Below are positions 10,101-18,102 of a stretch of 32,000 nucleotides of DNA, one piece after another. Numbering within the stretch: position 1 is the first letter of the stretch; each line of letters begins with the position of its first letter. Source of the DNA: Candidatus Lokiarchaeum ossiferum (GTDB taxonomy: Archaea; Asgardarchaeota; Lokiarchaeia; Sigyniarchaeales; Promethearchaeaceae). Under the pieces are notes generated by a model. That model worked only from the letters and a program-made list of their open reading frames with translations, did no database searches and had not been told where the DNA came from. Where the stretch lies: assembly GCA_025839675.1 (NCBI GenBank), contig CP104013.1:3210001-3242000 (forward strand), written 5' to 3'. Both the position numbers and the translations under genes were made by a program.

Positions 10101-11003
10101 AGTTCCACTCGAATTTGAGATTTTCGCATTTATAAATTCAACTTCTGGTGCAACTCCACGAAATTTTCCATTTGATGTTATGCCATTACCTCCAGCTATT
10201 CCAGCACAATGAGTTCCATGACCATAGCAATCGTAGGTATAATCTTCAATGGAAACGGCTCTTTCGTAGGTAAAATTCTTGCTCGCAAATATTCGAGATT
10301 GTGAAGGATTTCCATCTTCAAAAAAATCGGGGTGAACAGATATACCAGTATCCATAATTGCCAATTTAATGCCTTTACCAGTATAATTTACATTTGACAT
10401 GCCTATGGCATCCAACCACCAGTTTTCGTCACTAAAGGGAGCATTCCACTTAGAATTATCTGAAAAAAGGTTTTGAAATCTTGACGAGGCTAAATTAGTT
10501 CGATGATCCTGCGATAAAAAACGAATTGATCTAAAATTTTCAATATTATCAATAACATGGGCTAAATATTGGTTTTCAACTTCAATTGAAGTACAAGGGA
10601 GAATATCATAATTATAACCAATCTTAACTTTTGGAAACCAGGTTTTTAATAGTTCTATTCGATTATTTTTTGAAATATGGTCCTGAAAATACACTATAAT
10701 TTTAACTTCAGTACTTAATGGTAAATTGTTTGAAATTTCAATCAGTTTTGAATCAATTTTATTGCTTAAACTAAAGAAAGAAGATAATTTTGATTTCGGC
10801 TCCATGAAAGATGAATCAACATCCTGATTGAATGATTGGAAAATAATATCCTGATTTTTTTTGAATGTATCTAATTCTCTAATTGATATTGCTTTAGAAT
10901 TTCGAAAATTCAATGTGGAAATAGTAGATATGGGTAATAAAAAGAGAATTATGAATGTTACCAATTTTTGTCTTATTCTTCTTGGAATTTGCATTTTCTT
11001 CAC
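7155..11003 (-). CDS. very large membrane-anchored subtilisin-like (S8) serine protease with long uncharacterised C-terminal region
   Basis: 1282 aa. Catalytic Asp (LAIMDTGIS), His (HGTHCAGIAGG), oxyanion Asn (SAGNSGP) and Ser (SGTSMACPMVAG) occur in canonical order. There is an N-terminal signal/anchor (LVTFIILFLLPISTISTL) and a C-terminal TM helix (LPIIIVLALLGVSIIIINY). About 750 aa after the protease domain are rich in N-x-S/T sequons and match no family I recognise. Confidence 0.88.
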   Translation of the reverse strand: MKKMQIPRRIRQKLVTFIILFLLPISTISTLNFRNSKAISIRELDTFKKNQDIIFQSFNQDVDSSFMEPKSKLSSFFSLSNKIDSKLIEISNNLPLSTEVKIIVYFQDHISKNNRIELLKTWFPKVKIGYNYDILPCTSIEVENQYLAHVIDNIENFRSIRFLSQDHRTNLASSRFQNLFSDNSKWNAPFSDENWWLDAIGMSNVNYTGKGIKLAIMDTGISVHPDFFEDGNPSQSRIFASKNFTYERAVSIEDYTYDCYGHGTHCAGIAGGNGITSNGKFRGVAPEVEFINAKISNSSGTIEESDVVAAIEWCMEIGVQIISMSFGLNIPEVWNVETLAIQKAVESGIVVVTSAGNSGPNFYTAGTPGTGLYSISVGATDINNHVASFSSVGPSFSNQIGPDICAPGVNIISTDSLDSILSLDYTYANPLINSKNQFGYIPLSGTSMACPMVAGAVAILLEAFPESTPESIRNALIKGSSVIERPSPEGYGAAQGAGLINVSKSLDYLGNIKKQADSVNNQVLLFPRQIPYAPFDLLRFPGDYQGMNFSIYSGSECHISIELPNLVGIEFNTPENEFSLDYHGIISFPLEIHIKNSAIAGNRLGTVNITDRISNRILDSVLINISIAIPKQKIYFESFHGLNDLYPSESPIYSQIQLYNMMYDLSHQNYSISYKMQNWTSGYFSSSDAEILSPRSLADIDLLVLQTPILAYSEFERTTIVNFFNRGGSILFLGTKSNKMCIDSINSLFSALNSGISITEKNIFNFRDYSIGASVQPYVVSNLDQQHSIFSNIDSFKFLFGNSFETSGNAEALASIDGKCVVSCYDSTENGKGKIVAFGDYHTFGNSYYNDPTYYSNHSKLLLNLVDYLMPLDPIEISHDFERQNTTENYLNISINVFNNYINKFEDEFIPGESINTTIIYGNGTESPLSNQIEKIDNHFNLNLFLENEATSQEALRIVTKIAKNSEIIQDSFEFYYYPYQIQGYSNITDDNVEINRSIESKPALYVNSPSNNQLESYISIYSDSYLASNRLSELKGRVSIHNLSDFFYKIQINSSEITTGGEGYAYCFTQDNSSTQCIDFSPDRFLFSVQNYIPEIDFGKSLFSNVKFSTTQSGGSIYPISAKLGTPYSLTVFTEEKVSFEDSNEDLTVVASIVPILVYNGFINLLNPQEFPTLNFEYNSEDNSHRSVFSFPESLNYSRAGNIRDQSLQTDMINYFTLLWITVRDSDGGSSSEFLLFYLYYDIPNLNNFLPIIIVLALLGVSIIIINYKSHIFKKNQTMKF

Positions 11004-11052
11004 ATTATTATTTATATTGTAAGATCAATAGAAATGAAAAAATTTTAAATTT

Positions 11053-11274
11053 ATGTCGAACAACTCTCTTTATATCAAAATATATGTGATAATTATGGGA
11101 TTATATACATTAGTTGAACAATTATTGCCAGAATCATTTTCACTTTATCAATTTATGGCAGTGTTAGATATGGAACAAGATGATGCACGTGAAGCTCGAA
11201 ATATTTTAAAGCAATTCTATTTACGAGGTTTAGTTAAAAGAAATTCAAAAAATATGTACATTAAGGTAAAGTAA
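11053..11274 (+). CDS. small hypothetical protein, possibly winged-helix-like
   Basis: 73 aa ORF, or 59 aa from the internal ATG at 11095. It is divergent from the protease gene. The C-terminal segment ARNILKQFYLRGLVKRNSKNMYIKV is weakly reminiscent of a wHTH recognition helix plus wing. No firm motif. Confidence 0.3.
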   Translation: MSNNSLYIKIYVIIMGLYTLVEQLLPESFSLYQFMAVLDMEQDDAREARNILKQFYLRGLVKRNSKNMYIKVK

Positions 11275-11402
11275 ATTTCAAACAATCTTTTTTCTAATTC
11301 TCTACTACAACCAATAACACGAAGCTAGATCGTACTTAAAAAGTGATTTAAATTTTTACCCAAAATTCAATAAATTTAATGACTTCATATATAATTATAT
11401 AA

Positions 11403-11786
11403 ATGAAAATTTGTAAAACATGTGGAATTTGTTGTCAATCAACTGAAATGGAACTAAGCATAAAAGACATTAATAGGATTGAAGAATCAAATAAAACTAA
11501 ACATACAAAAGACGATTTTTGCTCTTTTGAAAATGGTTATTATTTATTAAAAAACGTCAATAATAGTTGCATTTTTTATGATTTAAAACTAAAACAATGC
11601 CAAATTTATTCTGTTCGCCCCGAAGGATGCAGATTTTATCCAATGATCTATAATATAGACCAAGATAAATGTGAGCTAGATTCTGATTGTCCGTATAGGA
11701 ATCAATTTTACCAACATCCTCCAGTTTTTAAAACCAAATGTAAAGCTTTAAGAAAATGGGTAAATGCAAATCTACTGAAAGATTAG
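11403..11786 (+). CDS. YkgJ-family (CxxCxxCC) zinc/iron-chelating cysteine-cluster protein
   Basis: 127 aa. It has the N-terminal CKTCGICCQ signature of the UPF0153/YkgJ family, plus further Cys residues (C...C...C...C) downstream. Confidence 0.65.
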   Translation: MKICKTCGICCQSTEMELSIKDINRIEESNKTKHTKDDFCSFENGYYLLKNVNNSCIFYDLKLKQCQIYSVRPEGCRFYPMIYNIDQDKCELDSDCPYRNQFYQHPPVFKTKCKALRKWVNANLLKD

Positions 11787-11828
11787 GAACAAATAAATAA
11801 ATTTTAAAATAAAATCATATTCAATAGT

Positions 11829-12341
11829 ATGGAGCATAAAATGTCAGATATCCCCTTAGAAAAAGAAACAAAAAGACTGTATGTTGAAAGAATTTGTAAT
11901 GGCACAGTGATTGATCACATCAGAGCAGGTTTTGCGTTTTCTGTACTAAAAATTCTTGGTTTAGAAGGTAGAGACGGCAAGCTAATTACAGTTGGAATTA
12001 ATGTTAAATCCAATTCATCACAAAGTGGTAAAAAAGATATTGTGAAAGTTGAAAATATTTTATTAGATGAAAAACAAATCCACCAAATAGCCCTTATCTC
12101 CCCAATGTGCAAAGTTTCTTTCATTGAAGATTATAAAGTTGTGGAAAAATTAGTAGTCAAAATACCAGAGATGATATTAGGAATAATTAAGTGTCCTAAT
12201 GAGAAATGCATAACAAATGTAGAACGGGAACCTGTAGCAACAGAATTTAAAGTACTTAAAGAAGAACCTTTGAAAGTAGCGTGTAACTATTGTGAACGAA
12301 TTGTTTATAAAGAAGAAATGTTACGCACAAGTTTTTCTTGA
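11829..12341 (+). CDS. pyrI: aspartate carbamoyltransferase regulatory subunit
   Basis: The allosteric-domain signature GTVIDHI is followed by ITVGINV...KDIVKVEN. The C-terminal Zn domain has CPNEKC...CNYCER. It is collinear with E. coli PyrI along its full length, by eye. Confidence 0.9.
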   Translation: MEHKMSDIPLEKETKRLYVERICNGTVIDHIRAGFAFSVLKILGLEGRDGKLITVGINVKSNSSQSGKKDIVKVENILLDEKQIHQIALISPMCKVSFIEDYKVVEKLVVKIPEMILGIIKCPNEKCITNVEREPVATEFKVLKEEPLKVACNYCERIVYKEEMLRTSFS

Positions 12342-12429
12342 GAAAAAGTAAAAAACCAAAATTTTTTTGATTACTTTTAATTTTGATCATGTAGTTTTAA
12401 CAACCAATATAATTATAATGTGAAAAGAA

Positions 12430-13794
12430 GTGGCTAAGAAAAAAAAGAAAAAAATAATGTACAAGGTAAAAACGAAGGAAAAAGTCGCAGATATTGAGAA
12501 AAAAAAAGAGATAACCAAAGAAGAAAAATTCTATTGGGTTAGAGTTGCTGTTGCTGCTGTTTCCGCACTTTTAGGAGTACTGGTCTTTAAACTTGTCGGT
12601 TGGTGGATGTTTTTGTATATGATGCTGCTACTTTTGGGATGGCCGTTCATTCAAAGTTTCTTAATATTTAAATTACCCTATCAAAAAGATAAGTGGGATT
12701 GGAAACAGATATTAAAAACTGGGATCGGAGGTCATTTCTTTACATTCATGTTCATCTCTACAATTTGTTTTACTCTTGTATCTTATCCTGCTTGGGATGA
12801 TCAATTAAGTAATCCCGCTGATACCTACGATATCCAAATCGAAGGAAATATGGTGTATATTGCAGATGGTACAAATGGATTTGTTATTTTGGATATCACC
12901 AATCCGAATCACAGAGAATTGATGAGTTCTTATAAAATAGATGGGCTTAATGCACAAAAAATTTTTGTTGCCGATGATATTGGCTATTTAGCAGATTCAA
13001 ATAATTCAATTCTCCTTTTTGATTTAAGCGATGAAACTAATCCAATATTGTTATCTAAATACCAATATTCTAATAGCATTGCAAGTATTTCTGTACAAGG
13101 TAATTTAGCATATGTAGCAATAGGAAATGAAGGTTTATCTATTTTAGACGTATCAACTCCATCGAACCCATCTCAAGTAGGAAAAATTGATGGAAGCATA
13201 AGTGATGTTGTAGTAATTAATAATACAGCATATTTGACAGATTTTAATGAGGGTTTGAAAATAGTGAATGTATCAGATGCTACCCATCCTATTATTATGT
13301 CAACACTCAATTTAGAAGGCCAAATGATGGATTTGGAAATTTCGGATTCCATAATTTTCATTGCTGCTGGTGAAAAAGGAATGCATATTGTTAATTCAAG
13401 TGTATTAGACAGCCCCCAATTACTTGGAAGTTATAATTCAACAGCAAATGCAAGTTCTATCGTTGTTAATGGAGAATCAGCATATTTATCAAATGGAGAA
13501 CAAGGAATTTCATTTATTGATATTTCAGATTTATCGAATCCTGTAAATATAACGGATGATAAACTCTACAATACAATCGGTCCAGCTTATGATTTAGCAA
13601 TTTACAATGATTATTTGGTTGTAGCTGATGGGACAAAAGGATTAACATTGATCTATCTCCCAGAACCAGCAGCTGAACCAGATGAAATTGTTGCTACTGC
13701 AAATAAAACTATCCCCTTTGGATGGACATGGGGAATTATATCGCTGATAACTGTAACAAGTTTAGTTTCCGCAATTAAAAAGAGAGAAAACTAA
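12430..13794 (+). CDS. membrane-anchored LVIVD-repeat beta-propeller surface protein
   Basis: Lys-rich N-terminus and about 3 TM helices. These are followed by 7 repeats, about 40 aa each, of the type AY[VL]A.G..G[LF].I[LV]D[IV]S.P..P (e.g. MVYIADGTNGFVILDITNPNH, LAYVAIGNEGLSILDVSTPSNP). There is a C-terminal TM helix. The track start at 12430 is GTG; an in-frame ATG is at 12457. Confidence 0.75.
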   Translation: MAKKKKKKIMYKVKTKEKVADIEKKKEITKEEKFYWVRVAVAAVSALLGVLVFKLVGWWMFLYMMLLLLGWPFIQSFLIFKLPYQKDKWDWKQILKTGIGGHFFTFMFISTICFTLVSYPAWDDQLSNPADTYDIQIEGNMVYIADGTNGFVILDITNPNHRELMSSYKIDGLNAQKIFVADDIGYLADSNNSILLFDLSDETNPILLSKYQYSNSIASISVQGNLAYVAIGNEGLSILDVSTPSNPSQVGKIDGSISDVVVINNTAYLTDFNEGLKIVNVSDATHPIIMSTLNLEGQMMDLEISDSIIFIAAGEKGMHIVNSSVLDSPQLLGSYNSTANASSIVVNGESAYLSNGEQGISFIDISDLSNPVNITDDKLYNTIGPAYDLAIYNDYLVVADGTKGLTLIYLPEPAAEPDEIVATANKTIPFGWTWGIISLITVTSLVSAIKKREN

Positions 13795-13858
13795 ACAATT
13801 TTAATTCTATTTTTTTAAATATTAATTTTAACAATATTCTAAAAGGATTGCAATCAAA

Positions 13859-15994
13859 ATGGCAACCAATATAAATAATCTCAAACTAATCAAGAAATCC
13901 ATCAGCAATATCGATATTTTTGTCCTTTCTCATGAATTAAATGCAGTTTTGGAAGATGGTTTTATTCAAAACATTTACGAAGTACCAAGTAAAGAAGGGA
14001 AAATACTTCTAATCAAATGTAGATCAAAGGATGGAAAAAAAAACATCATCATTGATCCAAAACGAAGAATCAATTTCACTGAATTTACTTATCCTGTTCC
14101 CCCTTTTCCATCACAATTTATTACTTCGCTTAGAAAATATATGAAAGGGAGGAGGATTGAACGGGTTTATCAGTATAAACTCGATCGAATACTAATATTT
14201 CAATTAAAATCTTCAGAAGGAAAACCATGGAAATTCATAGTCGAGTTTTTTGGAGGGGGAAATTATATTCTGGTAGATGGAGATGATATGACGTACATGG
14301 CTAAAAGTTATAAAAAAATGCGAGATCGAGCCATTCTTGCAAAAAAACCTTATTTATATCCCCCTTCAAGGGGTGTGGATTTGTGGGATATTAATGACGA
14401 TTTATTCATTGATCATTTAAAAGAGTCCACAGGTGAGCTGGTAAGAATTATTGCCCGTTCTTTTAATGTTGGAGGGGCTTTTTCCGAAGAAATTTGTAAA
14501 AGGGCAAATATTGATAAAAAATCGGAAGTTACTAACCTATCTAATGATCAAATGTGTCTCATTTATAATACAACGAAAAATATGATAGAATCTCTTCAAA
14601 AATCGAAATTTTCTCCTAGACTAATTCTAAATAAAGAAAATATTCCAGTTGGATTTGAACCTATTGAGATGCAATTATATTCGAACTTCGATTCAAAAAA
14701 ATTAGAAAGTTTTAATCAAGTTGTTGATGAATTTTTCTCTAGATTTGATTCGGATGAAATTTTTGATGGAGAAGTAAAAGAATCTCAAGGAAAATTATCG
14801 AAAAACGAGAAAATATTAAAAAAGCAATTAGAAAAAATTGATGAATCAAAAAAAATTCGCGAAAGATCGATAACACAAGGACATTTAATTTATCAATATA
14901 TACCTCAGATAGACACGTTAATTAATACAATAATGACTCAAAAACGAGAAAAAAAGAGATCTTGGAAAGAAATTACAAATATATTAAAAATGGGAAAAGA
15001 AAAACAAATTCCAGAATGTTTAATTTTTGATAAAATTTTTGAAAAAGAAGTGGCTGTTCAAATAAAACTGGAAGAGAATTTGTTTAAACTTGATCTAAAG
15101 AAAAGTGCCATTGATAATGCTCAAATAATTTACGATAGAGCAAAAAAAGCGAAGAAAAAGATAATTGGGGCTAAAAAAGCATCAATCGATACAAAAAAGA
15201 AAATAGAAAGACAAAAGGAAGTCCATGAAGATGTTGAAGCAAGAAAAGCTATACTCTTAAAACGTCCAAAAATGAAATGGTACGAAAAATTTAGATGGTT
15301 CATTTCAAGCGATAATTTTTTAATAGTAGGGGGAAGAGATGCCTCATCAAATGAAGCAATTGTAAAAAAACATATGAGCAAAAACGATCTTTTCTTTCAT
15401 ACTGACGTTAGAGGTGCTTCAGTGTGTATAATAAAGAATGATGATAATCTAAATATTCCAGAACAAACTATTAAAGAGACTGCGAATTTTGCATCTTGTT
15501 ATTCATCAGCATGGAAACAAGGATGGGGAAACGCCGACATATTTTACGTTCATCCCGAGCAAATATCGAAATCTCCCAAATCAGGGGAATATCTAAAAAA
15601 GGGCTCTTTTATTGTAAACGGAACGAAAAATTTCTTAACCAAACCATTTCTTGAAATTGGAATAGGAGTTAAATTAATTTCTGCAAATGATCAAAATGAG
15701 GAAGAGGCAGATTCCACAAATGAAAACTCTTCTTTAAATGAAGAGGGAGAGGAAAAACAATTCTATCCAATGGTGTTGGCTGGTCCAATTTCTGCATTAA
15801 AATTACAAACTAACAATTTCGTTCGAATAAAACCATCTAAAAGTGGGTTAAAAACGAGTAAACTTGCGAAGAAAATTCTTGGAAAATTTATTTTCAAAGC
15901 GAGACCTTCAGAAAAAAAATGGGTCCGATTAACCTCTATCGATGATCTCATCCGTATAATTCCAACCGGTTCAGCTGAAATAGCTCAAAAATAA
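13859..15994 (+). CDS. NFACT-family protein (archaeal Rqc2/NEMF/FbpA homolog, ribosome quality control type)
   Basis: 711 aa. N-terminal NFACT-N-like region, a long Lys/Glu-rich coiled coil, then an NFACT-R/DUF814 signature (FLIVGGRDASSNEAIVKKH...DLFFHTDVRGASVCIIKN) and a C-terminal domain. Confidence 0.85.
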   Translation: MATNINNLKLIKKSISNIDIFVLSHELNAVLEDGFIQNIYEVPSKEGKILLIKCRSKDGKKNIIIDPKRRINFTEFTYPVPPFPSQFITSLRKYMKGRRIERVYQYKLDRILIFQLKSSEGKPWKFIVEFFGGGNYILVDGDDMTYMAKSYKKMRDRAILAKKPYLYPPSRGVDLWDINDDLFIDHLKESTGELVRIIARSFNVGGAFSEEICKRANIDKKSEVTNLSNDQMCLIYNTTKNMIESLQKSKFSPRLILNKENIPVGFEPIEMQLYSNFDSKKLESFNQVVDEFFSRFDSDEIFDGEVKESQGKLSKNEKILKKQLEKIDESKKIRERSITQGHLIYQYIPQIDTLINTIMTQKREKKRSWKEITNILKMGKEKQIPECLIFDKIFEKEVAVQIKLEENLFKLDLKKSAIDNAQIIYDRAKKAKKKIIGAKKASIDTKKKIERQKEVHEDVEARKAILLKRPKMKWYEKFRWFISSDNFLIVGGRDASSNEAIVKKHMSKNDLFFHTDVRGASVCIIKNDDNLNIPEQTIKETANFASCYSSAWKQGWGNADIFYVHPEQISKSPKSGEYLKKGSFIVNGTKNFLTKPFLEIGIGVKLISANDQNEEEADSTNENSSLNEEGEEKQFYPMVLAGPISALKLQTNNFVRIKPSKSGLKTSKLAKKILGKFIFKARPSEKKWVRLTSIDDLIRIIPTGSAEIAQK

Positions 15995-16003
15995 AATTAA
16001 TAA

Positions 16004-16273
16004 CTAAGATTCTTTTTTTCTTTCGGTTTCTTCAATTCTTTTTTCCAGATTATGTAATTTCCCTTCTAATCGTTCCACAGTAGATGATAAGGACTGAATT
16101 ATTTTCTGAAGATTTCCAGCAACAGCTCCAAAGTGATCTAGGCTTTCTGCTAATTGATCTTCTTCAAATACATCCTCTATTGTATTTTCTTCACTGATAT
16201 TATTAGTTTTGCTTGTTATGGAAGTTTTATTTGAAACCTTTTTTTGCATAAACACCATTTCCGGTATCATCAC
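16004..16273 (-). CDS. small coiled-coil hypothetical protein
   Basis: 89 aa. The C-terminal heptad-like segment is NLQKIIQSLSSTVERLEGKLHNLEKRIEETERKK. It is divergent from the RHH gene at 16318 with at most 68 nt between starts. No family recognised. Confidence 0.4.
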   Translation of the reverse strand: MMIPEMVFMQKKVSNKTSITSKTNNISEENTIEDVFEEDQLAESLDHFGAVAGNLQKIIQSLSSTVERLEGKLHNLEKRIEETERKKES

Positions 16274-16317
16274 GATATTGTTCAGGAATAAATAAAAATT
16301 TATTTATATATTCTTTG

Positions 16318-16467
16318 ATGAAATTAATTACATTAAATCTTCCGGAACCATATCTTGAGGGACTTGAAAAATTGGTTCAAGAAGAACTCTATCCAAATCG
16401 ATCTGAAGCAATCAGGCACGCAGTTCGCGATTTAATAAGAAAGGAAAAAGCATTTACTCCATTATAA
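16318..16467 (+). CDS. ribbon-helix-helix (CopG/CdrS-like) DNA-binding protein, 49 aa, not in the supplied ORF track
   Basis: My translation from ATG 16318 to TAA 16465..16467 is MKLITLNLPEPYLEGLEKLVQEELYPNRSEAIRHAVRDLIRKEKAFTPL. This is a typical RHH layout: N-terminal beta strand (ITLNLP), then helix, helix (RSEAIRHAVRDL). 28 of the first 43 residues are identical to the product of 18103..18285. Confidence 0.75.
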   Translation: MKLITLNLPEPYLEGLEKLVQEELYPNRSEAIRHAVRDLIRKEKAFTPL

Positions 16468-16513
16468 TATTTAAAGAAAAACAAAAAGTGCAAAAAAAGG
16501 ATGGATATTTGAC

Positions 16514-17005
16514 TTATTCAATATCTAATTCGTTGTTAACTTTCCCTTGAATAAAATACATATATGTTAGGACAATCGCAACTCCGCAAGCACAAATCAC
16601 AAAAATTAACCCACTTGTAGTTGCTTGAATTAACGTAATTATTAATAGTACCAATAATTCTTTCCAAGACATTAAATATCCAGATAATTCTCGATAATTA
16701 GCAACTGAAATTAAAGTAAAGAAGAAGAATGCAATGATTGAAATTGTTTTGATAAGGATATCTGCAATATAAATAAAGGGCATTCCTTCATTATTCTCAA
16801 CTTTAAGTGCTGCTTCATTAACCAAATCAACCCACCCATTAATAGCTAATCCATTGAATAAAAATGAAATGATCAAAAATATAGCAGCAATGAGATATGT
16901 TATGAAAGATGACTTAAACATAGATTGTTTCAATATTGCTTTTTGATTTTCTAAATCACGTAATTTTTCTTGTCGAGTTTTTTTCTTTTTTTCAATTTTT
17001 GGCAT
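16514..17005 (-). CDS. 4-TM integral membrane protein, hypothetical
   Basis: Lys-rich cytoplasmic N-terminus, then four hydrophobic helices (FITYLIAAIFLIISFLF, IKTISIIAFFFFTLISV, LLVLLIITLIQATTSGLIFVICACGVAIVLTYMYF). I prefer the ATG at 17003..17005 (MPKIEKKKK) because a GAGGGGGG motif lies 8 nt upstream of it. The track start at 17035 is a TTG. Confidence 0.65.
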   Translation of the reverse strand: MPKIEKKKKTRQEKLRDLENQKAILKQSMFKSSFITYLIAAIFLIISFLFNGLAINGWVDLVNEAALKVENNEGMPFIYIADILIKTISIIAFFFFTLISVANYRELSGYLMSWKELLVLLIITLIQATTSGLIFVICACGVAIVLTYMYFIQGKVNNELDIE

Positions 17006-17006
17006 T

Positions 17007-17837
17007 TTACTTTCCCCCCTCACGAATTTCTCCAACTTTTGATTTGGAAGACATTAAGACAAGGCCATACACAACAAAAATGCTTGAAACAGAAATCATA
17101 ACGATTATTATATATTTTTCGACATTTATATCTACCTCTATAACTGTATCATCTGTTGCACTAGATTCTCGTCCAATTTGAATTAATAATGGGTCAGATT
17201 CATATATCACTTCATTTGTAAAATTTAATCCAACTTTGATGGCATAAGTACCTCTTCCTACAATTATAGCATCTTGACTTGAATTTGTTGAATTCGATTT
17301 AACTTTAAATTCATAATATCTAGTCTCAGGGTTTGTAGTATTGCTATATCTTGCTTTTCCTTCAAATGAGACAGTAGAACTTGCATCAGAATCTGTTACA
17401 TATTCCCCATCAGATAAAAATAAGTCTTGACTGGTAGAAGTCTCATTCCCCTTTTCATCAGCATTCAACATCGTAATTTGCTTCTTATCATAGAAATTTT
17501 CAGATGAATTATCAGAAGAAATTTGAATTGAGAATGTTTCAGAAGATGAGGTACAAATAAAATCTGTTTCAATCAGAAAATATAGATTGTTCTCATCATG
17601 TTGTACAAAAAGTTTAAATTGTAAATCTAAATAACATACTGAAGAATTGATACCTTCAGCCAACCATGAATCATCTATATTACCATTAATCTCGGGAGAA
17701 TTACTAAGATTGTTTGAAATAATCTCCGTACGACTCCAATTACCCGATTGAGCAGAACCCATTAAGATGGATGAAGAGATTATTGAAACGGAGAAAAGTA
17801 ATAAGATAGATATTGAAATACTTTTTCGCGACATCAT
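17007..17837 (-). CDS. secreted/anchored surface glycoprotein candidate (possible CBM9/DOMON-like fold)
   Basis: 276 aa. It has a signal peptide (ISISILLLFSVSIISSSILMGSAQS), many N-x-S/T sequons and a C-terminal TM helix (YIIIVMISVSSIFVVYGLVLM). INGNIDDSWLAEG and HDENNLYFLIE are reminiscent of CBM9/DOMON-type domains; the fold call has low certainty. Confidence 0.6.
   Translation of the reverse strand: MMSRKSISISILLLFSVSIISSSILMGSAQSGNWSRTEIISNNLSNSPEINGNIDDSWLAEGINSSVCYLDLQFKLFVQHDENNLYFLIETDFICTSSSETFSIQISSDNSSENFYDKKQITMLNADEKGNETSTSQDLFLSDGEYVTDSDASSTVSFEGKARYSNTTNPETRYYEFKVKSNSTNSSQDAIIVGRGTYAIKVGLNFTNEVIYESDPLLIQIGRESSATDDTVIEVDINVEKYIIIVMISVSSIFVVYGLVLMSSKSKVGEIREGGK
17014..17021 (-). 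promoter_or_regulatory. Shine-Dalgarno-like GAGGGGGG for the 4-TM gene, embedded in the 3' end of the upstream gene
   Basis: The minus strand reads GAGGGGGGAAAGTAAAATG. The upstream gene's TAA stop (17007..17009) is 1 nt from the ATG (17003..17005), an arrangement typical of translational coupling. Confidence 0.55.
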
Positions 17838-18102
17838 TTACACTATATTCTCCAAATTATGAAAATTTTTTAAACTTGTTGTTCAATTATTTTGTCATAA
17901 TGAAATTGAAAGGTTAATTTTTCAAAATTCAGTTTTAAGACTTAAAATACAAAGATTTGAGTTTTCAATTTATATTCGTTACTTCGATGCAGACAAAATT
18001 CGATAAAATATATATCTCTACATAATATGCAATATTAATTAGCTTTATTTCTCCATATTATTTAGATATTATTCACGTATATCGAATAGGATTTGATTTA
18101 AA

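Noticed and set aside
13711-13791. C-terminal tail of the LVIVD protein as a PGF-CTERM archaeosortase signal
   Set aside because: The motif reads PFGW rather than PGF, and there is no preceding Thr/Ser-rich linker. It is kept only as a remark in the corresponding finding.
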